From positions 4,000,001 to 4,064,000 of the forward strand of contig OZ244960.1 of assembly GCA_965222605.1 (NCBI GenBank): a DNA stretch of 64,000 nt. The letters are read 5' to 3'. The DNA comes from Candidatus Latescibacterota bacterium (GTDB lineage: Bacteria; Latescibacterota; UBA2968). A program made the position numbers and the translations under genes. Below are positions 21,189 to 30,044 of the stretch, piece by piece. The notes beneath the pieces were generated by a model. That model made no database searches. It had not been told where the DNA came from and saw only the letters and a program-made list of their open reading frames with translations. How positions within the stretch are numbered: the first letter of the stretch is position 1; every line of letters starts with the position of its first letter.

Positions 21189-22780
21189 GGCGTCCATTTT
21201 TGGATATCGGCGAGGATTTTTTCGGCATCGGGGTGGTCGGGTTGCAGGCGCAGCGCGGTTTGCAATTGTTGGACGGCGAGGTCAAAGCGCTGTTGTTCGG
21301 CATGGAGATAGCCCAGATGGATGTGTGACGGCACGTGAACTGGGCTGATGGCGATTGCGCGCATATAACCATCTATTGCGCGTTCATATTCTCCTTTTTG
21401 GCGGGCGATCTCGGCCATTTGGAAATGCGGGCGGTGGTCGTCAGAGGTGAGGTCGGCGTATTTCTGAAAGGCCTCATAAGCGCTGTCTATCTGTTCGGTT
21501 GCGAGATAGCTCAGGCCGAGGTGATAGCGCGGGATGACGTAATTGGGTTCGACTTCGATGGCTTTTGAAAAGGCTTTGATCGCTGCGTCATGACGCTCGA
21601 TAAGGTGGAAAATGGTGCCGAGGCGAAAATGGACGCGGGTGAATTGGGTGTTGTGCGCTGCGGCTTTTTGAAGGTGGTCAACGGCTTTTTCGTGCTCCCC
21701 TTTGCGGTGTGCAATCAGGCCGAGTTTGAAATGTGCATCTGCGAGTGTGGAATCGCGTTGTAGGGCTTGATGGTAGTAATCTGTGGCTTCGTCGATGCGG
21801 TCGAGTTCGTTATAAGCATTGGCCAATTCATAACAGGCAATGGGATCATCCGGGTTGGCCTGGATGGCCTGGCGCAGTTGGGAAGTGATTGTTTCAAAGG
21901 TTTGGGCATATTGATTAAAAAACATGCCGGATAAGGCTGCCTGAATATCGGGGTTTATGGGCGACTGCTGGATGGCCTGTTCGAGTTCGCTCATGGCTTC
22001 GTCTATTCGTCCACGCCTTTTGAGGAGAAGGGCCAGGCGATAGCGCGCGACAACGTGTTCAAAGTCGATTTTGAGGGCGTTGCGATAGGTATTTTCCGCT
22101 TCTGTTATTTTGTTGCGCGTTTCGTAGATGCGCCCGAGATAATAGTGGGGCATCGCGCTTTTGGCATCGCGTTGGACGGCGCGTTTTAGGCCGCCTTCGG
22201 CCTGTGTAAGCAGAGCGTCGTCAATGGGAGATTGCCGCAGTGCCCGATGCAGTGCCATCATGCTTTCGGTTGCCAGGCGAAGCGCTTCTGCATCGTGAAA
22301 CATGGGCATTTGCAGACGGGTTTTTTCATGGGGTGTCAGGGTTACGTTTAACTGATCTGTAATGGCGTAGAGCACGGGCAAGATGGCGTCGAGCGGTGCA
22401 GAGGTGGATGCCTGACCCGTAAAGGTTTCGATGACTTCGCCTGTGGATGCCTGGAGCATGTCGGTTTCGATTTGGATGCGCGATCCCGCAATGTGATAGC
22501 GCCCGCTTAAAATCAGGTGGATGTCCAATTTTTTTGCGAGGTCAGAGGAGCTTACCGGCGTGTCTCCGAGTTTGTGGCGCAGATATTCTTCGTCAACGGC
22601 ATGTATTTTGGGCACATGGTAATAGGCGTTGACATACCCTTCGACAATGGCTGCGGAGAGCCAATTCCACTGCGGGTCGCCCAGTGTGTTTTCATGTGGC
22701 AATACGGCGATGTTCCACTGAGCGTAGATGGGCGCGTGGATCAGGGTGATGAGGATGCTGAGTTTGAGGAGTTTTTTCAT
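21185..22780 (-). CDS. Exported TPR protein with TolB-N/FlgO-like N-terminal domain
   Basis: Signal peptide, IAVLPHEN..W.S..I.E, many TPR repeats. Confidence 0.85.
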   Translation of the reverse strand: MKKLLKLSILITLIHAPIYAQWNIAVLPHENTLGDPQWNWLSAAIVEGYVNAYYHVPKIHAVDEEYLRHKLGDTPVSSSDLAKKLDIHLILSGRYHIAGSRIQIETDMLQASTGEVIETFTGQASTSAPLDAILPVLYAITDQLNVTLTPHEKTRLQMPMFHDAEALRLATESMMALHRALRQSPIDDALLTQAEGGLKRAVQRDAKSAMPHYYLGRIYETRNKITEAENTYRNALKIDFEHVVARYRLALLLKRRGRIDEAMSELEQAIQQSPINPDIQAALSGMFFNQYAQTFETITSQLRQAIQANPDDPIACYELANAYNELDRIDEATDYYHQALQRDSTLADAHFKLGLIAHRKGEHEKAVDHLQKAAAHNTQFTRVHFRLGTIFHLIERHDAAIKAFSKAIEVEPNYVIPRYHLGLSYLATEQIDSAYEAFQKYADLTSDDHRPHFQMAEIARQKGEYERAIDGYMRAIAISPVHVPSHIHLGYLHAEQQRFDLAVQQLQTALRLQPDHPDAEKILADIQKWTP

Positions 22781-22781
22781 G

Positions 22782-24569
22782 TCACTTCTTACCTGTCTTT
22801 AAGTTTTCATCATTATATGTGACATAGAGAAATGCGGTACACATTTCATCGGTTGATTTTTCACCCCATCGCACCAGCCGGGGCGGATTGTTGGGGTTTC
22901 GGGGGTTGTCGGCAGAGTTGTCGTAAAAAGCTTCGAGCGCGATGCGGGTGCCGCGCGGGAGTGCAATGGGTGTTTTGTACACGTAGGTTTCTTGCCAGTT
23001 GAAGTCCCAGGGTTTGACCCATATTAAGGGTTTGTGCGTGCCGTCGGGATAGGTCGCGGTTATTTTCATTTCTGTGCCGAGCAGGTGCATGTGGGGCAAG
23101 ATGCCGAGCAGGTGCTGGTCGCGGGTGATGGTGATTGAGCCGGTTACTCTGTGTTGTTTGATGTTGGGCGGGATGAAAAGCAAACGGCTGTTGATGACTT
23201 CTTCTCTGAGCTGTTTTTGAACGGGTTTTTTTGCAAAGTAGATTCCCAGTCGAGAATGATCTTTTACGGCGCGACCAATTTTGTGGTAGTGGATCTGAAG
23301 AATGATGTCGCTGTTGGGCGGTAAATCGCGGCCTATGCCATCTGGAAGGACAAAGGGGGTGTTGCCGGGTGCCCAACCGCCCAGAGATTCGTAGATGGGT
23401 ACGCCAATGCCGCCAAAGCAAGGATATCCAGGCGAGGGTGCGTTTTCCTGTTGCAGACGCGCTTTGCCAGAGATATCGATGTACACGCTGACGTGGTGGA
23501 CGACTTCGCGTTCTCCAGGCAGTACTTCAATGGCCGATACGTAGTTGCCTGTGTCCTGTTTTGTGGGCAAGACAAAGCAGCGGTATTCGTCGCGGCCCGT
23601 GGCTTCGAGTGGATAGGGTGCTTCGGGTTCAAGGGTCAGGTCGGGCGTGCCCAGGGTCCAGCTTTTGGAAAATGCGATGGGTTCGGGGCGGTCTGCGGGA
23701 TTGCCCTGGGGCATGCCGCCGTTGACCCATTGCGCGAAGGTGTGGATTTCGGCGTCTGTGAGGCTGCGGGAATTTTTGAAGTCGCCGTATTCGGGACGCG
23801 CTTTCCAGGGTGGCATGATGCGAGCTTCAATGGAGTCGCGCATCTGATAGGCCCATGCGAGTACTTCTGTGTAGTCGAAAAAGGGCACGCGACCGATGCC
23901 GCCGGGGCGATGACAATTCTGGCAGCGGTTTTGCAGAAGGGGCAGGATATCGCGATAAAATGTTGGGGTCGAAGTGCCCGCCGCGGTTGTTGGCCGGGGT
24001 GTGCGTCTGATTTCACAGCCAAAACTGGGCAGGTTGGTGTTGTCGATTTCGCGGTTGGCGAGCAGTGCATCGAGGGCGTCCCACAAACCGCGCGAGGTCG
24101 TATCTTCGGGTATGCCCCAGCCGTTGTCGATTTCGCCCTTGTAGCGCAGGCGGCGTTGGGCGTCAAAGAGAAAGGCATGGGGGGTGTGTGTCGCGCCGAG
24201 GTGATCGGCGAGTTTGTTGTGCGGGTCGCGCAGGACAGCGAAGGGTACGGGGTTTTGGACGTAGTGTTTTTTGATGTCTTTGTCGGTTTCGTTAAAATTG
24301 GCATTTACAGATATCAGGTGTACGCCTCTGGGGGCATACTGATCGTGTATTTGTGTGCGGTGGATATCGTATTTTAGCGAGGCGGGGCAGACGACGGAGC
24401 TGAAGATGATGACGAGTGCGCGGTTCTGAGATAAATCACTGAGGGCAACGGGCGAGCCGTTGAGGTCGGCAAGGGTAAAATCATTGAGGGTATCGCCGAT
24501 CTGGAGGGGGGCTGCCCAGGGGTGAAGCGGGAGGGCGAGAAAGAGTGCGATGAAGAGAGGGCATTTCAT
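22782..24569 (-). CDS. Redoxin + c-type heme + copper type II monooxygenase-like fusion, exported
   Basis: AhpC/TSA fold with CPAS, ATHTP.AF, RY.G.ID; CQNCH; VVHH, QIHYH, HMH and DEMC motifs. Confidence 0.85.
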   Translation of the reverse strand: MKCPLFIALFLALPLHPWAAPLQIGDTLNDFTLADLNGSPVALSDLSQNRALVIIFSSVVCPASLKYDIHRTQIHDQYAPRGVHLISVNANFNETDKDIKKHYVQNPVPFAVLRDPHNKLADHLGATHTPHAFLFDAQRRLRYKGEIDNGWGIPEDTTSRGLWDALDALLANREIDNTNLPSFGCEIRRTPRPTTAAGTSTPTFYRDILPLLQNRCQNCHRPGGIGRVPFFDYTEVLAWAYQMRDSIEARIMPPWKARPEYGDFKNSRSLTDAEIHTFAQWVNGGMPQGNPADRPEPIAFSKSWTLGTPDLTLEPEAPYPLEATGRDEYRCFVLPTKQDTGNYVSAIEVLPGEREVVHHVSVYIDISGKARLQQENAPSPGYPCFGGIGVPIYESLGGWAPGNTPFVLPDGIGRDLPPNSDIILQIHYHKIGRAVKDHSRLGIYFAKKPVQKQLREEVINSRLLFIPPNIKQHRVTGSITITRDQHLLGILPHMHLLGTEMKITATYPDGTHKPLIWVKPWDFNWQETYVYKTPIALPRGTRIALEAFYDNSADNPRNPNNPPRLVRWGEKSTDEMCTAFLYVTYNDENLKTGKK

Positions 24570-24574
24570 GGTGA

Positions 24575-25294
24575 TCAGGTATTGCGTTTACGCAAGTAGT
24601 CGATGAGGAAGATGACGGTGATTAGTCCAAAAAATCCGGCGATTGATAGGGCGATATAGTGGCTTTCGTGTGGGAGCCGCCAGTATTGTATTATAGTAAA
24701 TATAAGGGTGGGGACAAAGAAGATAAGCGCGCCCATCAAGGCATATCCCGACTGTGTGGCGGGTTCGGGCTGAGGGGGCGTGCTTGGGGCGTGAGTCGTG
24801 GGCTGTTGCGGGGGTTGGGTCGGCTGAATGGTCGGGGGTGCCGCTTCGGGTGGTTTGACGCGGGCGAGCATTTCTATGACGCTTTTGCGATAGCTGTTGT
24901 CGGCAGAGGCATATACGCTCCAAAATGCCGCGATTTCTTCGGCACCCGTGCGGGTAAATTTCTTTTCGAGTGCGCGTTTTAGCTCAAGAGAAAGTTCGGC
25001 GGGTGCTTTTTTTTGATGTTTTCGAAGGTCGTCGAGAATATGCGTGAGGCTGGCGTCGTACCCGTGAATCCAGGGATAGGTGGCGTGTTGGAGCAATTTT
25101 TCATCGGAGTTTGCGCCGCCAAATTCACGGAGATATGCATCAATGAGTTTTTTTCGCCCGATTTTAGACCCTGCGCCGGGGAAGTGTTTTGCCCGCAATT
25201 TGCTGTCGCGTTGAAAGGGCAAATAGAGATGGTCGTGATCCGCTATTTCGAGGATGCGTTTGAATGCGTTGAGGAGTGTTTGGCGGTGGGACAT
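24575..25294 (-). CDS. Hypothetical protein, Pro/Gln linker and two C-terminal TM helices
   Basis: Open frame within a same-strand gene run; hydrophobic C-terminus. Confidence 0.7.
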   Translation of the reverse strand: MSHRQTLLNAFKRILEIADHDHLYLPFQRDSKLRAKHFPGAGSKIGRKKLIDAYLREFGGANSDEKLLQHATYPWIHGYDASLTHILDDLRKHQKKAPAELSLELKRALEKKFTRTGAEEIAAFWSVYASADNSYRKSVIEMLARVKPPEAAPPTIQPTQPPQQPTTHAPSTPPQPEPATQSGYALMGALIFFVPTLIFTIIQYWRLPHESHYIALSIAGFFGLITVIFLIDYLRKRNT

Positions 25295-25376
25295 GAAAAG
25301 CAACCACAGATGGACACGGATGAACACCGATGATCCCGCATGGGATTATATATGAAAGGAATGTATCCTGGGGTAT

Positions 25377-25456
25377 GTAGGGGCGATGCCCCTGTGCCCG
25401 CCCGTGTTGAAATAGGCTCCTCAGGAATAGGGACAACCACAGGGGGTTGTCCCTAC
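25377..25456. repeat. Inverted pair of GTAG-type REP-like palindromes (REPIN/BIME-like)
   Basis: GTAGGGGCGATGCCCCTGTGCCCGCCC on + and GTAGGGACAACCCCCTGTGGTTGTCCC on -. Confidence 0.75.
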
Positions 25457-25460
25457 TTTT

Positions 25461-26762
25461 TTAGTTGATTGTTTTTCCAAAGTTCGAGACAAACATGAGA
25501 AAGTCGGGGAAATCTACTGTGCCGGATCCGTCGAGATCAAAGGTCGTATTGGCCGTGCCAAAGGCGCCTACGAACAAGAGGAAGTCCTGAAAGTCAATGG
25601 TACTCGAGCCATCGAAGTCGGTGCGTGGATCAGCGGGGATGAAGATGGCTGATCCGGTGATGGTCAGACTGATTGAGGCTTTTTCTGGGTCGTCTGAGAT
25701 TATGTCGATGGTACCGGTAATTGGTCCTTCGGCTGGTGGATTGAAAGTCACTGTGATATTCTGGGATTGGCCGGGTGGCACTGTAAGCGAGGTTTCTGAA
25801 AATGCAATGCCCGCGATGTTGGATTGGATGTCTGTGATGGTGAGCGGACCTGAGCCGCTATTTGTGATAGTGAATGTTGTTGTGACTTCCCGGCCCACTT
25901 GGATTTCACCGAGGCTCAAGTTTTCCTGAATTAGTGAAATGACCGGGAGTTGGGGTGCTTCAATGGTGAGATTGATAAAGGGGATTTCCAGGGTGCCAAC
26001 ACTTTGTTCGCCGTGTTGGAGGGTGATTTTACCCGAGAATGTGCCGGCCTGTGTTGGTGTCAGAGTGATTTGTACGGTTTTGCTTTCGCCGGGAGCTATG
26101 GTCAGTGTGGATGGCTCCATTGTGATGCCTTCGGGAGCCGAGTATCCGGTGATTTCGAGGGGTCCTGCGCCGGTGTTTTCGATCTTAAATTCTACGGTTT
26201 TGGACTGCCCTACTTCAAGGGTTCTGCCAAAGTAAAGCTCTCGTGGAAATAGGGCAATAACGGGCGTTTTGTTGAGAAGTGCGTCGATTTGCACGTTGAT
26301 CTGGGTATGAGAGCCGGGGGCGATTGCAGTGGTTTTAAGGCGCAGGATGCCTCCCTGGTCAATGACGAGGATATCTTCGTTACGGGTGCCGAGGTTTCTG
26401 GAGACGCCAGAGGCATTTGTGAGCATGGGCGTCGTTACCGTGGATCGTGTTATATAGGATTGGACTTGTGCGCGGTTGCCATCGTATCTGTCGAGTGTGA
26501 GGATCTGTACGCCGGCTTTGTCTTTGTTGGGTTGGTAAATATCTTTTTCGAAGTCGGGCCCTGCCCCTATGCAAGTTCCTCAGTTGTAGCCGACAAAAAA
26601 GAGGACGGAGACCGTGTTGTTCGAATGGCTGACGCCGTAAAACCTGCCATCGGTGGCCTGGAGTTGAAATTCGTTTATTTTTTCCCCAAGGTTGGACTGG
26701 GCAAAAGCGGTTGTGCATAAGCACAAAAATAGGGCGAGAGAGAAAAATCGCAGGTGTTTCAT
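25461..26762 (-). CDS. Exported UxxC redoxin + two Ig-like (ASH/choice-of-anchor D-like) domains + dockerin-like EF-hand pair; probable selenoprotein (TGA at 26582-26580)
   Basis: GGAGG RBS, signal peptide, VLFFVGYN-U-GTC, frame stays open and joins the 321-aa ORF 26426-25461; C-terminal DFDGSSTIDFQDFL..F / DLDGSGTVDFPDFL..F. Confidence 0.88.
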
Positions 26763-26914
26763 GGTGTTCCTCCATAAGGTGATTGCTGATTGCCGATAGC
26801 TAATATACTAAATCGCGTTCAAAATGTCACGGGGTTTGCGCTTGATTTTGGGGTTTGGTTTATCTACATTGTGGAAACGTTTCGGCTATTTCGGGGTTCC
26901 CATTTTTTTCTTTT

Positions 26915-28048
26915 ATGTCTTTATCTCTAAATGACTTTGAATCTGTGGTTCAGCGTGCGATCGCGCACCGCGATGGTGGCGATTTAGAAGCGGCAGTTGC
27001 GGGTTTTGATGCGGCGATTGCGGTGTGTGATAGCGATCCCGTTGTGTTTGTTCATCGCGGGATTACTTATGGACAACTGGGGCAGTTTGATGCGGCGATT
27101 GCGGATTTTGACCGCGCAATCGCTCTGGCGCCGAATGATCCATGGGTGTGGAGTAATCGCGCGATTGCCTGCGGGTTGATGGGGCAGTTTGATGCGGCGA
27201 TAGATAGTTTTGGAAAGGCTGTTGCGCTCGATCCAGAAGATACGCAGACACTTGCGAGTCGGGGAGAAACCCTGCGCGAGATGGGGCGGTTTGAGGAGGC
27301 ACTGGGGGATCTCAACCGGGTTTTGGCGTTGGATGCAGATTATTTTGGCGCGTTGATCAGCCGCGGGCATGTGTTGATGCAATTGGGGCAATTCGATGCG
27401 GCTGCGGCCGATTTTGACCGGGCGATTGCAGTGGGCAATGGGCATCCGGATGCGTTTGCCGGACGGGCGGAGGTCTATCGACAAATGGGTGAAGCTGAGG
27501 CTGCGATGGAGATGTTTGGGCAGGCACTCGAGGCGATGCCCGATCATCTGGGTGCATTGATTGGGCGGGGCGAGGTGCTGCGAGAGTGCGATCAATTGGA
27601 GGACGCGTTTTTGGATTTCGATCGCGCACTCATTATCGCACCTGATGACCCGGATTTGTTGTCCGCGCGGGGTGATATGTTGCGGCAATTGGGGCGAAGT
27701 GCCGAAGCAATACGCGATTTTACACGGGCGCTGGAGATTTTTCCCGATCATCTGTGGGCGCTTATGGGGCGAGGCGTTGCGTTGCGAATGGACAATGATC
27801 CCGAGGCGTCACTGGTCGATTTTGATCGGGCGGTGATGCTGCAGAACGGAGATGCGTGGATTTGGGCAAATCGCGGGGAGTCCCGAAGGATGCTGGGGCA
27901 GTATGAGGCAGCGGTTTCAGATTTTACGCGGGCGTTGGATATTGATCCGGAAAATGGATGGGCACGAGAACTTCGCGCGGAGACGTTTCGGCAAATGGGG
28001 CGATTTGCCGAGGCGGTTGAAGATATGAATCGGGCACGGGCGCAATGA
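26915..28048 (+). CDS. Cytoplasmic all-TPR protein (about 11 repeats)
   Basis: Regular 34-aa RG....LG....A..DF.RAI.L.P units. Confidence 0.9.
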   Translation: MSLSLNDFESVVQRAIAHRDGGDLEAAVAGFDAAIAVCDSDPVVFVHRGITYGQLGQFDAAIADFDRAIALAPNDPWVWSNRAIACGLMGQFDAAIDSFGKAVALDPEDTQTLASRGETLREMGRFEEALGDLNRVLALDADYFGALISRGHVLMQLGQFDAAAADFDRAIAVGNGHPDAFAGRAEVYRQMGEAEAAMEMFGQALEAMPDHLGALIGRGEVLRECDQLEDAFLDFDRALIIAPDDPDLLSARGDMLRQLGRSAEAIRDFTRALEIFPDHLWALMGRGVALRMDNDPEASLVDFDRAVMLQNGDAWIWANRGESRRMLGQYEAAVSDFTRALDIDPENGWARELRAETFRQMGRFAEAVEDMNRARAQ

Positions 28049-29055
28049 GCGAGTCTCATCATATTGTTATTGCAGATCGCACGGTTCCGTTTGAGGAGAC
28101 CATTGCACAGTTTGGAGAAGCACTGTCCAAAAAGTGTCGGTTTCAAACGCGCGCACGGCGATTTTACGATACGGTGTGGATCGCCGATTGTTATACGGAT
28201 TACGTGCAGTCGGCGCTGTTTCGCAAATACGAAGGGCCGTTGATGGAGGGTATTGCGCTTCGCACGATGGGCAAAGGGCTTTCCAAACAGCAGGTGCTGG
28301 CTGGGGCGATGGCAGAGGCGGTCGAGCGCATTTCGTTTTTTGACGCGCTGGCAAGCGGGCGGGAGACTCCGATTTATGAGTTGACTTCCGGTGTCGAGCT
28401 CGTGCTGACCGATATGAAGGCGTCGGATGTGCCACATTTGAATGATTCGGCAAATGGCGTCTCGGCGGGCAATACCGTGCTGGAGTGCGTGTTTCACGGT
28501 TTGCTGGAGATGCACGAGCACCTGGATGTGGGGAGGCATTTTTACTGGCCGGGATTGGAACATCGGCAATTTATCGATCCAAATTTGACGGGTTTTTTCC
28601 CTCGTGTCGCAGAGAAGATGCTGGCTGTGGCAGTGCCGGGGGAAAATGAGAAGGTGACGACGGTTCACGCGGTGGTGTGTCCCAAAGATTTGGGATCTCT
28701 GGTGCGTACGTGTACGCATTTGGATGGTCGCGTGGCGTTGCAGCGGGCGTTTAATGAGACTGTTCAGAGTCACAAAACGCGGTTTGTATCTGATTTGCAG
28801 ACTTTTGGTGCCGAGATTGCGCTGTGGGATTTGCCCAATCATTTTACGGATGATTTGATAACCGATATTCAGGTGGTGTTGAGCGGTATGAAATCTTCGG
28901 TTTATGTGCAAGATTGGACAGATCCAGAGATGCAAATTCCGGTGTTGCGACCATTTAGTTTAAAGACTGCAGAACACGAGCGGAACCACGCGATGATCGA
29001 GACGTATGTGCATCGCATTATGGTGGATTCGGGCAATTATATTGTGTGGACGTGA
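28045..29055 (+). CDS. Compact YcaO-like protein
   Basis: GKG.S....AGAMAEAVER, SANGVSAGN......HGLLEMHE, H.D..VALQRAFNETVQ, D.TDP...IPV.R. Confidence 0.8.
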   Translation: MSESHHIVIADRTVPFEETIAQFGEALSKKCRFQTRARRFYDTVWIADCYTDYVQSALFRKYEGPLMEGIALRTMGKGLSKQQVLAGAMAEAVERISFFDALASGRETPIYELTSGVELVLTDMKASDVPHLNDSANGVSAGNTVLECVFHGLLEMHEHLDVGRHFYWPGLEHRQFIDPNLTGFFPRVAEKMLAVAVPGENEKVTTVHAVVCPKDLGSLVRTCTHLDGRVALQRAFNETVQSHKTRFVSDLQTFGAEIALWDLPNHFTDDLITDIQVVLSGMKSSVYVQDWTDPEMQIPVLRPFSLKTAEHERNHAMIETYVHRIMVDSGNYIVWT

Positions 29056-29912
29056 TGGAGAATGCAATGATACCAAAAACGGTTTATCGATTCGGCATTT
29101 TGGGACTTGTATTGACCATGGCTTGTAGCAAGGCGGCGGATCCAGAATATGTGGTTGAAGAATCCATTGTGGCGACGCCTGCGGGCACCGAGCATGTACA
29201 GGTTTTTGTTCCGGTCAGCACTTTTACGATGGGGTCGAGCGAGGGTCCTTCGAATGAGCGTCCGCCACACGAGGTGATGCTCGATGCATTTTATATCGAT
29301 AAATACGAGGTGACCAACGCACAGTATTTGGCTTATGTAGAGGCCACGGGAAGTGAACTTCCGCAGTACTTTCGAGTAGAGGGGTTTGACCAGCCCGATC
29401 AGCCAGCGGTGGGGGTTTTGTGGTCTCAGGCGCGGGATTATTGCCAGTGGGCAGGTTTGCAATTGCCGAGTGAAGCGCAGTGGGAGTTGGCCGCTGCGGG
29501 CATAGATGGGCGCGTGTTTCCCTGGGGTAATGAGCCTGCGAATGAATCGCTGTGCAATTTCAATTTTAGTACTGGTCCCATGCCTGTGGGCAGCTATCCA
29601 GATGGTGCAAGTCCTTATGGCGCGATGGATATGGCGGGCAATGTGTGGGAGTGGACGCTGGATGAATACCAGCATACGTATTACGCAAATAGCCCCAGGC
29701 ACAATCCGGTGAATTTAAAAAATTCAGGTATGGAAGATGGACCAGATCGCACGTTGCGCGGTGGGAGCTGGTTTTCGGCACAACCCAGTATCCGCGTGTT
29801 TGTGCGGAGTACGGTTTTGATTATGGAAGAGCAGGCTCTGTCGCGCGACGATTTTGATACCTATGAAATATTTGCCCATATTGGATTTCGGTGTGCGAGG
29901 GGAGAGCCTTAA
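29055..29912 (+). CDS. FGE-sulfatase/SUMF1-domain lipoprotein
   Basis: Lipobox-like TMAC; FTMGS, E.P.HEV, KYEVTN..Y, LPSEAQWE.AA, DMAGNVWEW, RGGSW, IGFRC. Confidence 0.9.
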   Translation: MENAMIPKTVYRFGILGLVLTMACSKAADPEYVVEESIVATPAGTEHVQVFVPVSTFTMGSSEGPSNERPPHEVMLDAFYIDKYEVTNAQYLAYVEATGSELPQYFRVEGFDQPDQPAVGVLWSQARDYCQWAGLQLPSEAQWELAAAGIDGRVFPWGNEPANESLCNFNFSTGPMPVGSYPDGASPYGAMDMAGNVWEWTLDEYQHTYYANSPRHNPVNLKNSGMEDGPDRTLRGGSWFSAQPSIRVFVRSTVLIMEEQALSRDDFDTYEIFAHIGFRCARGEP

Positions 29913-30044
29913 TCGCGATACTGCTATCGCCGATAGTTGAGGATTGTATTAAAAAAGCCAATTTCCATTGTCATCGCATTGGTGGCCGTTGCTCTTGTGG
30001 GGGGACGGTTTACATTTTTTATTGGCGCATCAACAGGACAGGTT

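Noticed and set aside
26380-26775. 131-aa minus ORF, or a frameshift explanation for the split redoxin
   Set aside because: A single in-frame TGA joins both parts without a frameshift; this ORF is an off-frame shadow
26763-30044. RiPP precursor peptide for the YcaO
   Set aside because: No short Cys/Ser/Thr-rich ORF with an RBS was seen near the gene
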